From NCBI RefSeq assembly GCF_009914755.1, contig NC_060927.1: a stretch of DNA of 64,000 nucleotides, one strand, 5' to 3'. A program made the position numbers and the translations under genes. The DNA comes from the human T2T-CHM13v2.0 reference genome, Homo sapiens. The notes below the pieces were generated by a model. That model ran no database searches. It saw only the letters and a list, made by a program, of their open reading frames with translations, and was not told the DNA's origin. Positions 15,756-30,289 of this stretch are shown here, piece after piece (the stretch's first letter is position 1; every line of letters begins with the position of its first letter).

Positions 15756-17609
15756 GTTACAGCGAATAATTAATGGATCAGTAGCCTAAAAAATAACCAT
15801 TTAATTTTTCAGAAAATATTCACTCATTGGTGAAAGAGAGAGAAAAAACATTAAAAAAATATAAACTGAAGCATACAATCTCAAGAAGCCTATAATATGA
15901 GAGAATAAACACAGGTATGATTCAACCTCCTCTTCACATTCTATGTTAGTTTACAAAAGATAGTGATTTTATGTTGAGTGTAAGAGATACTATTTTTTTT
16001 TCTTGAACTGAGAACCAATTGTGTAGAAATTCAAATATATGTTAACTTGATAAATGTCATTAACATGTATGAACCAAAGCAAACAGATGGTATTCTGGGA
16101 CCTGGAGAGTATAAGGAAAATGCGAATACTTCTTTTCTGATGTTAATACTTTGAGAATTACATGTGAATCACTTAAGAGTAAATCCATTGTTTTGATACA
16201 TTCTAAAATGTCAGGGTTCCTGTTCAGTTCATGACTACGTGGTGCCACCATCTTGCATAAAGCCTTAGACAAATGCTGTTTGATAAATACTTAGTGACAT
16301 GTACATGATTTATTCTTATATATGTGGTTGTGCACATAGTAAGCCTACTAGAAAGAAGGCTATCTACTTCCTTTCTATAGACTCATTCTATTAAAGTTAT
16401 TTTTCAGGAATATCGAATGAATAAACAATTTCTTCTTCAGATCATCAACTACAAAAACCATCAGTTCATTTTCTCTTACATTTGTGTGTGCGTGTGTGTG
16501 TGTATACTGCTACTTTATTTGAAAGGAGAATAATTTTGATTCATTTCCTGTTTTGATTTTCATGCTCTTGCAAAAAAATAAAATAAAGAACTGCGTTGGC
16601 AGTTTCAAGAACAACTGAAAAATCTATTGTTTAGTATGAGTCATGTCTCCTCTTGACCTTAAATTCTTTTATCTGCCTAAACTTCAGTTTTGAAGTTTGA
16701 GGTTCAATTGTTGATAAGCAGTTAGTATTTGATTTTGGTTCCCCCTGAAATGTACCAACACACTCAAACATAGTCTGCTCTTTTCAGATATTTTGCAGCT
16801 TGGCATTTTTAATTCTCTTCTCCTTAGTAGAAATCTGTATTAGTACAGATGAAGCTGAAAGGAAGCTTGGAATTCTTCTAATTGGAATTTCATCATTTTA
16901 TAAAAGGAAGCCAACCTCACTACTGTTTCTGTTCTCTTAACTTGAAGCCAAGTAGCAGAGGGGTCACAGCATCTCATCAGTTTAGCTTGTATTCAACATG
17001 AATAGAATCTGACCATTTTCCCTAATAGAATCAGCATGCAAATTTCTAGCATTCAATTTTGAAAAGCTGTATTTAAAACTACTGTGTGGGAGAGCAGAAC
17101 AATATGTGAAGGAGATATTATGCTAGAGTCGACGAGTTTTAGTTTCTGACATATATAGTCTTTTTTTGAGCAAAGGCAAAATTTATATAGTATATCTTAT
17201 AATTTATCATAAACAGGTCAGTAAAACCATAAGCATATTTTTGCCTGCATTCTCAACTTCCACATATATTTTTAATGTAAAACAGCTATAAATGAGCCAG
17301 TCCAGGTAGAAAGAGAAGGTTAATGTGAAGTTGACCAAACAGCATTTGCTATTTAATTACACGATAGACACTAAAATAATTATGTAATTCATGTAGTCTT
17401 TTAGCTAACACTTAAATCCTGTCCATGTTCTAACTGGTTAATGATAAAGAGATTAATAAACAGTTTTTGCAGTCAAAGAATTTGCCATACTGTGAGGTAT
17501 AAGATTAAGTGATAATGCTTCCTTCTTGAATAAGAATCAGGACCAAGGAGAGCTTCCTGAAGAGGCTGCTTTGGATTGACCCTTGAAGAATGTGTAGGAA
17601 CTTGGAAGC

Positions 17610-17755
17610 AAATGAAGAGAGATAAACGAAAGGAGAGAGAGAAATAAATAGAACAGATGGAAAGAAAAAAGAAAAAAGAGAAAACTAAGAAAAGAAAGTG
17701 AAGGAAGGTGAAGAAAGGAAAGAAAAAGGAAGGGAAGGGAAAAGGAAGAAAGAAT
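17610..17755. repeat. GA-rich low-complexity polypurine tract
   Basis: gaaaggagagagagaaataaatagaacagatggaaagaaaaaagaaaaaagag...gaagggaagggaaaaggaagaaagaa. Confidence 0.9.
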
Positions 17756-18290
17756 AGTAAGTTTTCCTCGACATGGGGGGTCAACTGTGGTTACCATATC
17801 ACGGAAATAAACAGTAGCAGATCTATGTATTAGGAAATGAGAACGGAAAGACAAGTGAGGTTTAGAAAGTGGAGACATTCCTATTCTAGTCCCAGGAGTT
17901 TCAGAGACATTCCAGTGAAACAGAGAGCCAGGAAAGTTTCCTAAGGAGAGTAGTGGCCTCATGTATTTATTCATCAATGTATTATTTTATTAATCCAACA
18001 TCAATTTATAATATTCTAATAATTTCATAATCATGTGATTCTAAGAATGAAATCTAGAATTCAAAGAGGTACTAGTGAGACAGCTTGAACTAAAAGACTG
18101 TCCAATGGCAGGAATTCTAAGCATAGGACCTCCATACTCTTTGCTCCACAAAACTCAGCACATTTCAAATTATGTTATTCTGTCCTCTTTACAGGTTAAT
18201 GGGGATTACAGATTGAAACTACGCACGTGTTTTTGTGTTTCCATTTTCAGGTTGCTTTCCTGAGGTGGTACTTAACCTCCAATTAGAGAA

Positions 18291-18311
18291 TGCCGCCACT
18301 AGGTGGCGGGG
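18291..18311 (+). promoter_or_regulatory. Putative CTCF binding site
   Basis: CCACTAGGTGGCGG (18296-18309) matches the CTCF core CCASYAGRKGGCRS at every position, and two CpGs are retained. Confidence 0.7.
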
Positions 18312-19325
18312 TGGTGACTTGGTTCCAAGAGGCTACAGTTGGTGGGACCAAGAAAGGGAGGGTTATGGGTCCCATGATTCTTATATCTATTTCATTTTTT
18401 CTTTCAAAAACTGCAGTGGACAGTTGAGAAATAAGCTTCGATAATAAGTTTTTAGAAACAACTAAGTGTGTCATGTGATACCTGGATGACAATACATTGT
18501 CTGAGAAATACAGTAAGACAAATGAAAACTCTGGGCTTTGATGCAAGACACTGAGTTTCAATTTTGCCTGTGCCATTTATTAGTTGAATGAAAAGCAGAA
18601 AGTTCCTTCATTTCTATGAGCGTTGGACTCATTTAAAACTTGAATCATCATACTTATTTCACAAGTCTGTTAGAAGACAAAGCCATGTGGTGCAATGTGC
18701 TTTGAAAAGAACGTGGGTAACCACCTAGATATGATCCACAAATATGCCTGATCCAATCCCAAGAGGTTTTTCAAGTTCACAACATTTCACATAGAAATGT
18801 AATCTCTAATTTCTTATGAAAAAGTCTGAAGTTCAGGTAACACTTCATCTTCATTCCTCTGTCTAAGAATTAGCTGGAGTTACGTGACCCAGGCTCCCCT
18901 CCCTACACATGAGTGTGCTAACACAGATTTAGGGGAAACTTGCCTGGGACTCCGGCACATCAATGTCAAAGAACTACTTGACATTTCATGCCAGCCGCAG
19001 CTTGTAGGCTTCCTCAGCCTCGGTTTCATGGTATCTCCAGTCCTGTTTAAGCCATCTAAAAGGGGCTTTTTTGATTTCCTTTGATTTATTTATTCTCCTT
19101 TCTTCCTTTACTTCCCATACTTGGAGGAATCCAATGGAGAAAGACAATATTAATTAGATAATCTTTAAGGGAGTCATACCCTCTCCTGTGACATAGGCAT
19201 GCTTCTCAGTTCCAAAATAACAGAGAAATTTGACCTCTCCAAACAGAAATTAGCTGGCGACTGAATGCATTTATGTTAGATTAAAAAATGTAAAGTTGAC
19301 GCACCTCTCTCCTCTCTTTGCCGTC

Positions 19326-19729
19326 TGTTACAAACTAAACTGTGCCTTCTCTCACCCCAAAATTTTTTTGTTGAAGCCCTATCCTCCCGGTACTTCAGAA
19401 TGTGACTGTACTTGGAAATAGGACCTTTAGATGAAGTGAAATGAGCTGTTAGAGTGGGCTCTTTCCAAGCTGACTAGTGTCTTTATCAGAAGAGGAAATT
19501 TGGATATGCACAGAAACACCAGGCATGGTGTGCACAGAAAACAGCCACATGAAGAGGCAACAAGAGAGTAGCTATCTGGAAGCCACAGAGAGAGGTCTGA
19601 GGGGGAACCAACCCTGCCACTTTGACCTTGAACTTCCAAGATCACCATAACCACGAGAAAATTTATTTCTGTTGTTGAAACCATTCCGTCTCTGGTACTC
19701 TGTTATGGCAGCCTTAGCAAACTAATATA
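19326..19729 (+). mobile_element. MaLR solo LTR (MLT1B-like)
   Basis: tgttgaagccct...cagaatgtgactgtacttggaaataggaccttt...agaagaggaaatttgga...gttatggcagccttagcaaactaatata; 5-bp flanks ccgtc / ccgac. Confidence 0.9.
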
Positions 19730-20323
19730 CCGACCAAAGAGGATTCTGGTTTGGCTACCCAGTCCCTCCCTTTCCTCTTTCCTTTGAGCAGGATGTTTTA
19801 AGGACTTTTGTGTTTGACACTCAGGAGCAAGGGGGGATGGTGGGGGAGACTATGTGAAACATAGAAGGTCAAGGTGGAATTGTCCACTTTTTAATGGATC
19901 AGGACAAATTGAAAAAAGCATGGAAGCACTTAAGGTATGGCACATAGTTTATGAGAGCTAAGGAAAAGTTTTTTTAAAGTTATAAGAAATATAAAAAATT
20001 ATTTTGAAATTATGTTGCATAGACTTTGCATTTTTATATAACTTCTCTAGGATCAAACACAGTGGTCAAAGCTTTATAGTTATTATATAACAATACATCT
20101 TCCCATAACAAGCATACAAACAAAAACACCTTTTATAAATTGCAACTAGTATGAAGTTTTATGTTTCAAAAATTCCTTATGTTTCAAAAACTATTTTAAA
20201 GGGCAAATGATTAATTCATTGAAAATATTTTAAAGCATCCACATTTTAGAAGAAAATTTAATGAATTATTTAACAGAGCTACAATATTCTTTTTATATAA
20301 ACCAACTATACATTGATAATTAA

Positions 20324-20657
<334 letters not shown>

Positions 20658-21029
20658 CCAATACTCTTTTTGAATTATTCTTTATAAATCTCAATAGGTC
20701 AACATCTCCCCATGAAAAGAATCAGAATACAAATGATGTGATAATGCTCGTGAAATGGTCTTTCAAATTATAAAGTATCACGTATGTGCAACGGATTATT
20801 ATTTATGACCCTTATCTGAAGAATGATGACTTCTTCAAAAGAATATTCATTATTTCTGTCGATTTCTTTAGGCTATCCTAAGAGTGAGCCTAAAAGAAAA
20901 CAATAATAGATCTTGTATAATTAGACAAGATATTGTAAGGACACCTCTGTAATTTTTCTTGAAGGTACATCTTTCCCATCAGTACTTTTAGTATTGGTGA
21001 CTACCCTGACATAATATGGAGAAGTATTT

Positions 21030-21430
21030 TCATAAGTAAAATAATGAAGTTCTACAAAACTATGAGGACAATAGAAAGATCAGTGGTGGCCAGGGATCCC
21101 AGGGGAAAAGTCAGGTGAATCCATGAAAAATAGAAAATTTTTAGGGCAGTGAAGCTACTCTGTGTGATACTATAATGGCTGATACATGTCATTATAGATT
21201 TGTCCACACTCGCAGAATGTAAAAAACCAAGAGTGAACCCTATTGTAAACTATTGACTTTGGTTGATAATGATATGTCAGTGCAGGGTCATACATTGTAA
21301 CTAATGTGCCACTAATGCAGAAGATGCTGATAATGTGGAGGCTATGCATGTGTGTTTCAGGGAGTATATGGGATATCTTTGTAACTTTTTCTCCATTTTT
21401 CTGTGAGCCTAAAACTGCTCTAAAAATAGT
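21030..21430 (+). mobile_element. L1MC-type 3' UTR
   Basis: ttttagggcagtgaagctactctgtgtgatactataatgg...ccaagagtgaaccctattgtaaactattgactttgg...ctgtgagcctaaaactgctctaaaaat. Confidence 0.88.
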
Positions 21431-21436
21431 CTTTAA

Positions 21437-21744
<308 letters not shown>

Positions 21745-22294
21745 CTAATAACAAAGCCCTAAACAAATAGCAGGGATAAAGAAAGATACACAGAGTAGGG
21801 GAAAGGTTCCCCAGAAAATAAGAGAATTACACTGAATAATTTTTAAGTTCATTTTATGTGTTTGTCACATAGGCATGGGATAACATCGTGTGCCTTTCAA
21901 CACACTAAGCATACAACAGTGGTAAAATCTGGTGCTCTGGCATAAACCTTCAGGACAAACTCTAGAGAAATCATTCTTCAATCTCATTGGATCCAAAAAC
22001 TTTAACATGCTAAATGAAGATCTGTCATAATTAGAGCTGGAAGTCTTGCTCTCCTAACTTTCACTTAATGGAGAAATAATAAAATTATTACTAGCTTCAT
22101 ACTTTTCTTACAAGTTGATCAAAATGGAACTATTTAGCTGTTGATTATGGACTTTTTGGTAGAAAGGGAAATTATCTTTCTCTCATTGTCTCTTAGGCTT
22201 ACAAAAATTTATAAGTATTTTATTTTATTCAAATTATATATACACATTTACACATATACTTTTCATAGAAGAAAATTTGTAAGATTTTTTGTTC

Positions 22295-22411
22295 AAATCA
22301 TATATGTACATATAATTATATATGATAAATATATAATTATATTACATATAATAAATATATAATATAAATATATAATTACATGTTATATATAAATTATATA
22401 TATACACACAC
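22295..22411. repeat. AT-rich low-complexity / (TA)n tract
   Basis: tataattatatatgataaatatataattatattacatataataaatatataatataaata...tatatacacacaca. Confidence 0.9.
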
Positions 22412-25241
22412 AGTGGGGCAGGAAACAAGACAGATCTTCGCACTTGAAACAGGTTTTTAATATAACTAGTAATAACTTTTTTCTTCTCTCCACACTTTTA
22501 TTATGCATTCTTTCCCTGTGGAATTATAGAATCACAGTATTTTCAAACTTAAAAGGGAGAACATTTGATTTTTACAAAGAAATAGGTCCTGAGTGAGACA
22601 ATGAAAAATAAAAGAAGTGTCTTTAATTCTATATTGTTGCATTAAGTCTGCCTTCAACAGGTATTTATGAATACCTGCAGTTATTTTTTATTCATATAAT
22701 ACATCAGCGCATACATAGCATATCATTGTGTAAATACAGCATTGAGATGTTTGTTATTTTAAGTAGGAAGCATTTTGCATCATGAACTGTCAATAAAAAT
22801 GAAATTAATGACAATATATAATCATGTAAGCAGCAGTGTCAAGAATACTTTTAGCACCTATACTGAGTGAAATATTGTTGCTGTAATTGTCTTTTTGGGA
22901 GGTAGGAAGAACATAGAGCAGGACAAGATTCGATCCAGGTAGAACAGAAGTTGGGTATCAGTGGTCTGGGTTCTCAAGCTCACTTCTTTCAGAGACCAAA
23001 AAAAGTTTCATAAATGCCATGTGTATTCTTAAATATTCTAAATATTTTAACTCTGCCCATGATATGGTTTGACTTACTTCCTGGTCTCGCTTGCCTTGCT
23101 CTAGATCTGTTCTGGATTGTCAATGTTCCTATTAAAATATGACTCCAATAAAGGAATACATACTTTAGATATAATCTGATCTGAGGTGACAAGAGAACAA
23201 CTTCAACTCTTATGCCTTGGATATGATACTGCCACGATCACCCCATCACTGTCTTGGACTCCAACACTGGACTGCACAGAATACTCAGAAGGGTGCTCAT
23301 TTTCTTCTACAGGTAATAAAGGACTCACTCCTCAGCAGTGATCCAAGTTTCTTTTCCTTTTAAGTAGGTTCTCATAATCAGCTTCCTTTATCAGCAGCCC
23401 TAACATTATAATCATCAAATTTATTTGACATTCTCTTACCAAACATACCTCTTCTCTTGAAGATTAATGATTAGAGTTACTTTGGTTAAAAATCAAGTAT
23501 CATTTCCAGAATACACTCTATAGTCTCACCCTATGTCATCTTCCATTTTCAACATCACTGGTCAATAACATGACTCTATACCTATCTTGGAATGATTCCC
23601 CAGTCCTTACTGAAACACTTTTAAATACTAGAAAGCAGCCACTGTCTTCTTTTTTTTTTAAGGATATTTTTATTCCAAATGCATTATAATTTGTATATGT
23701 ACCATCAGCGTGATTCTCAGGAATACTTCTGGCCTGTCCTACAAAGCAATTACAGTCGGCTCATCTTCGTGTACTTGAGTTTGACTGTGAATAAATAGCT
23801 TTCTCAACTTTTCTTTCTACCAAATATACATACTGGGCCAGCAGGGATGTGTAGTATGTAGAAAAAATAAAAGCAATATTTTTCTAGCTAAAACAACGTC
23901 ACTTCTCCAACTCATACAGCCCTGTATTTCTGGTCCTAACATAATGTTCAAAAATAAATCTGAGCGGTTTTAAATGTAGGCACATATTTTATAAAATGCA
24001 TAGCTTTCTATTCCTTCAAGCAGCTGATTTATATAAAGCAGAAATCCATTCACATAGGTCAGAAATTTGTAAAATGTATGACAAGAGATTTAGCTCATTA
24101 TGCTTATCTTGTGGTCTGCCCAAATTGTTAAAGCTTGTGCCTCAAAGTATGCTGAGCCTCTTTGGCACACTGACCCAGTGATTAGTATTTTCTCACCCAG
24201 TGCAAGGATAATGCATACCTCAGAGGATCAGGTGGTAACTAAAATCATTGAATCAGGCTGAGTGAGAGCTATGAAACTCTGGAGATTCTCATTTCTCCAC
24301 TTACAAAATGAAACTGTGGCTTAGAGTCTAATTGACACTGATAATACCATAGAGCTATACATTCATATTACTCTGGATGAAATTTTCATTCACAGCACTA
24401 AACATCTGGGTATTTCCACATGGACTTATTTTCATATATATTTAGATGTTTGACAACCTAAAAATAAAATAGTATATACCTGGTGGAATTTTTCTTTCTG
24501 TCCATGACTATCATATGGATGGATTCAGAGTGTGTCAAGTTTTTCCTGATAGGATACTCATAGAAATGTAACTTTATTAACAGTTTAAAAACCAATACTA
24601 TCTTTGAAACATTGTGGAGTCTATTCACTCTACCTAACTATAATAAGACTTTTTAAATGTACGCTTTTTTAGTAAGGAATTTGATCATTTTTATAACATA
24701 TTTTTCAGATTTCTCACCAATAAAAAATTAAAATACAGTGCAACCAATATTAAATGTTAAGGCTTAATTTAACTAATTTATATAGCAAGGATTTACAAGA
24801 TACCTGCTTTGGGTCAGATATCGTGCAAAGGGTTGTGGTAAAAGAAGCATGCTGACTGACTTTGTCCTCAAGTGGTTTACAGTTTAATGGAGAAAAGCAT
24901 CTCCACCAAGTATTCTGTCTCCCATTGTGGTTGTCTTGGAGCCAGAACTAGGATGCAGATTGGCAGTCCTATACGTAGCCCGGAGGGCCCACCAATTGCT
25001 TACCTCTTTCAACAAAGGCATCGTGAACTCTCATTTTGAAGTGGGAACAAAACAAATTTTTTTTATATGTAATGTATCATTGGCCTTTTGTGTTATTTTT
25101 CATGAGGATTTTATTTCAACTAAAGTCGTTACCATTTAAATGATCAAAGAGAAAAGTCAGAGTCCATGATTTTTGTTACACGTTTATAATGACAGATACA
25201 GTTATACGTATTTATCGTGTACAACATGATGTTTTGAAATA

Positions 25242-25565
25242 CAGTCATGCACCTCAAAACATTTAGGTCAAAAACAGAGCACATGTGCAAATGGTGGTCC
25301 CATAAGCTTGTAACACTGAAGTTTTTACTGTACCTTTTCTATGTTTAGATACAAAAACACTTACCGTTATTTACAATTGCCTACATTATTCCATAAATGG
25401 ACAGGTTTGTAGCCTAGCGGCAATAGGCTGTGCCACATAGTGTAGGTGTATAGTAAGCTATACCGTCTAGTTTTCTGTAAGTATACTCTACGATAGTCAC
25501 ACAATGAACTTGCAATAATGACAAATTTCTCACAATGTATCCCCATTGTAAGCAATGTATAACTA
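25242..25565. mobile_element. Tigger3a/MER7-type DNA transposon (MITE)
   Basis: TA + cagtcatgc start; ggtggtcccataag, tttttactgtaccttttctatgtttagatac and acaggtttgtagcctag-caataggct internally; degenerate inverted end followed by TA. Confidence 0.88.
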
Positions 25566-25680
25566 TATGTATATACATATACACATTTCACAATGTGTGT
25601 GTGTATATATATGTATGTATGTGTATATATGTATGTATGTATGTATGTGTGTATACACACACACACGCACACACACACAC
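25566..25680. repeat. Compound (TG)/(TA)/(TATG)/(CA) microsatellite
   Basis: Directly visible run of alternating purine and pyrimidine. Confidence 0.93.
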
Positions 25681-26053
25681 ATTGTGAAATGGTTAAATAT
25701 ACCTAAGTAACAAATGTATTACCTCATCTAGTTATCACTTTTGTGGTAAGACCACTTAACATCCACTTTGCATTTTTCAAGAGTACAATATGTCTTCTTT
25801 AACTACAGTCACCATGCTATAGAAGAGATCTCTTGAACTTAACTCCTCCCATCTAACTGTATTACATACACTTTGAGGAACATTTCTCCATTCCCCCTTC
25901 CCCCAACCACCCCAGCCTTTGGTAACCACTATTCTATTCTCTACTTCTATGAGTTTAGAGTTTATAGATTCTACATGAGTGCGATAATGTGGTATTTGTT
26001 TTTCTGTGTCTAGCTTATGTCACATAATATAATATCCTCCAGTTTCATCCATG

Positions 26054-26153
26054 ATTTCAAAGAGATTGGCACTCCCATGTTTATTGCAGCACTATTCACA
26101 ATAAACAAGATAATGGAATCAACCCAAGTGTTCCTCAATGGACGGATGAAAAA
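26054..26153 (+). mobile_element. Inverted 5' segment of the same L1MA insertion
   Basis: caaagagattggcactcccatgtttattgcagcactattcacaataaacaagataatggaatcaacccaagtgt is L1 ORF2 3'-end sequence in sense orientation. Confidence 0.85.
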
Positions 26154-27545
26154 AGAGTCCATCAACTTTAAAAGACACAAAAGACTGTTCCAAATATTAC
26201 CTTAAAAATTGAGATTTAAAAACTAATCTGGGTAAATAGCACATTTTTTAATTCCTTGGGCAAAGTTTTTAAATGGGAGTGTTAGAACACAACAAAATGT
26301 AATGCTCTGAAATGTAAAAGATCATTATAAACAATAGAGAGGTGAGATGCCACTTTTCATTTTTTAGCCAATACTTAGAGCTTATTAGATAAGCATATCT
26401 GATGGGACAGTAGAGCTTTTTAATTGCCTGGGAGACAAAAAAAAAATCCCATCTATGCCATAAAGCTGTTTAGCAACATGTTTGGCTGTAAAGAATGTGA
26501 AATGTAGATAAAATTAATAACTAAAATATTCTAGGGTGTAAATTTCTAACTTTCCGTCAAAAATAACACTCTAAATGTGAACCATCAAGGTAGACGTGAC
26601 AGCATTTTGTAGCATTCTTTCCACCATTTAAATCTATTTAGTTTTTGTGTGTGACAATTTGACAGTCTTGAGCATACAAATGAAGACACAGGGTAAAATT
26701 ATAGATTCAGTTTTCAGAGACCATATTTGCAAAGACAAGTATTTTTTTTTTTCAGCAAGAAATCAACTAAGCAGTAGTTACAGAAAATAACTTAATAAGA
26801 CAGTGAACAGAAAACCAGTATCTACTTAACAGACTCAGGAAAGAGATCGGTTATGAGATGCTTGGGGTTTCTGTTTTTGTTAGATAAGATGTGCAGTTAC
26901 CAGAAATCTAAGGAAAGGTAAGAGCCCCCTCAAAGATTTCCCTTAGAATTAATTATCTAAAAATTATAATGGATTACTGTTCCTATTGATTGCTTAGATT
27001 TGGCCCACCACAATCTCTGATTCAGCAGTACATGTGCAATTTTCTATAAGTCTTTCTGGAAAATCCTAGTATAAAAATGTATTTTTAGTGATGTTTGTTT
27101 TACACTCTGTATTCTTCTCGGTGCCTACATGAAACTCTATAGACAGTTACTGTGAACTTCAAGATCAGGCAATCAGTTTCAAACACGTATCGTGTGTCCT
27201 TCTGTACTCATTTTTAAAGATGTTTAATATTCAGTGTGAGGTTTTTATATTGGGGATAAAACGAAGTCTGCGTTATATGAAATTTAATTTTGAAGGTAAC
27301 GACATTTGAACTGCAGTGTTGTGTTGTTATATCTCCTTTTTTGTCTAGCTTTTATAAAATGATCTAGATTAAGTACCATAAAGATCATAAGGACCTTATA
27401 AGTCCCTCTGCATTTGAAACAGTGAAGGGAAATGTGTTGCTTTCACATTTCCATCCTATCCAAGGGGCCTCTACAGTGCCTGAACTCACCAATGAGGTAA
27501 CAGATGAAGGGAGAATAGTGATGGCCTTTACAAAGCCCTCCTGGG

Positions 27546-27855
<310 letters not shown>

Positions 27856-29890
27856 GTCCTCCGGGGGTCCCGAGTGCCAAACTACAAAGCCAACTTTTTT
27901 TTTTTAACTTCTTCTCTCACAATATCAGCAAATTTGCTGTCAACAAACTTCTTAACTTTATAGTTTTGTACAAATTTTGAATAAAAGAAAGACCCCAAAG
28001 GATCCAGAACGGTGCATCCATTCTAAAGGCAGAGAGCTGAGTATTTTGTATTCTGATAAAAAGATATGAAAAGCAAATGAATCACATAAATAGGATTAGG
28101 AGAGAATGTTCAACTTTTTTATGACCAAAATGTTTTCAGGCACTTGAAAATTAGAAGCAAATGTTCACTGATGGCGATTAGGGAATTAATGGCCTTTAAA
28201 ACTGACAAGATTTTTTTCATTGCTTTAGTTAATATCTATTTTCTAACCTTTAACCTGAGTAAAAAAGAATCTGTACATTAGATTGAGCATAAAAACCACT
28301 GAGCAAATGAAAAAAAAAGCTAAAATCAGTAATAATGCTCACTAAATTTGTAAATGTTGAAATGCTGCTTTACCTTTCATGACCTCACTTATTCAGCCAT
28401 GAAAAAAGGGTGAGAGAAGGAAGGCAGCAAGATAATTTCTATATCTGTTCTCTAGGTATAAGTGCCTATGAGTCTAAAATAGACTGCTGAGGATATTAGA
28501 AAGATTTCATGAAAATTAAGATTTGGGGAATATAAAAAAGCTTACAAATCTGATGTTCTCCAAATTCCTGAAATTTGTAATTACCAATATCATGACCCAA
28601 CTGGTTAGAAATATGTAAATAACTAAGGAATGTTTTGAAAAGTCCTAATTATTACAGTGAAGAGGTAAATAAGGTCAACATGCTAGTGTCCACCATCAAA
28701 AGGAAATTTCATGTTGTTTACTCAGCTTCTCTGGACACTACCAGAGACACAGCTCTTAGTGGCTTTTAAGGTAGTTTCTTCATCACTGGGCAATAGTTCA
28801 TTAACAGACTATCCCAAACTTATATAATCTTTTCATTCTGGAAAATTTTACACATGTGTTGTTTAGGTTAATCAGGAGAAACAAAGACTAATCAGAATAA
28901 TCTTTAGTAGTAAGCTAATTTAGCTCTTCTCAGCACCGTTTCAAGGAAGATATGTGCAAGATGTGTGAACAAATGGGAAAGAGCTGAAGTCAGTAACAAT
29001 GCTAACTAAAGTTGCAAATGCTGACATGTTACTTCGTCTCTCTTGGCCTCACTTATTCATAAAATGGGGCAAGGGGAGAAAAGGGATGAGATAATCTCAG
29101 ATCTGTTCTATGTCTAAGAGCCTATGAGCCTAAAACAGAATGCTAACAAAATTGAAAAGGAAAACTAAGTAGTAAGTGTACTGAGTTGTGCTCCTGTTCA
29201 GTCTTTTTCTATTCAACCTCCCTAACGTTTCACTCAAGGATAGCATTTCATGTAAGACATACATCATAACAGTTCAGATCAGATGTCCTCCGTATTTGAG
29301 ATTTCTTACTTTCTTGAGAGGGAAGGAGATGATTAGGACAAAGAAACAGCATTGTCTGCAAATACCAAGTAGCTTAGTGAAGCCAGCTAACAAATGGAGG
29401 CCAAATGTATATGTGGCCTTCTTTCACAAGCAGGCCAATAAATGTAGAAACCTCACCTAACCTGCATTTGGTTTGAGAGCCAGTGCATGAAGTTTAGGAA
29501 TAAAGGATAATTATTTGGCCATCTGAGAAAAGCTAAATCTTGTAAGTGGGTATTAAAAGATGCAATAAATGATATTCCTTGCCAATCTGAAAAGGCAAAA
29601 AATAAAAAGGTAGTCTAGCTGTTTATGAGATCTAACTCCTCCCTCCTCCTCCCACTCTGAAAACAGTGAAGATGAAAGTGATTGTATCATACGCCACTCT
29701 TACGCCAGGAAAGCTCAAGAATAAAACCATCACAGTTCAGATGGACTAAAGGGTATTTTCTAGGTTTATGACCAGAATGATTCATATATCAAAGGCCAAT
29801 CATATACATGTACTTGCTCAGGGATTTTCAAGTCGATTTCTTAGAGATGAAACGTACTGCTCCCTGGCTCCAGGAAACAGAGCAATGCTA

Positions 29891-30289
<399 letters not shown>

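Larger units (their letters stand above)
25170..26053 (-). mobile_element. L1MA 3' end (non-inverted part), interrupted by Tigger3 and a microsatellite
   Basis: gtacaacatgatgttttgaaata / attgtgaaatggttaaat...agtcaccatgctat...gatctcttgaactt...ggtaaccactattctattctctacttctatgag...tcctccagtttcatccatg. Confidence 0.88.

Noticed and set aside
17473-17977. 146-aa and 103-aa Phe/Leu/Ser-rich ORFs that resemble membrane proteins
   Set aside because: They arise from the GA-rich low-complexity tract, which lacks stop codons on the minus strand.
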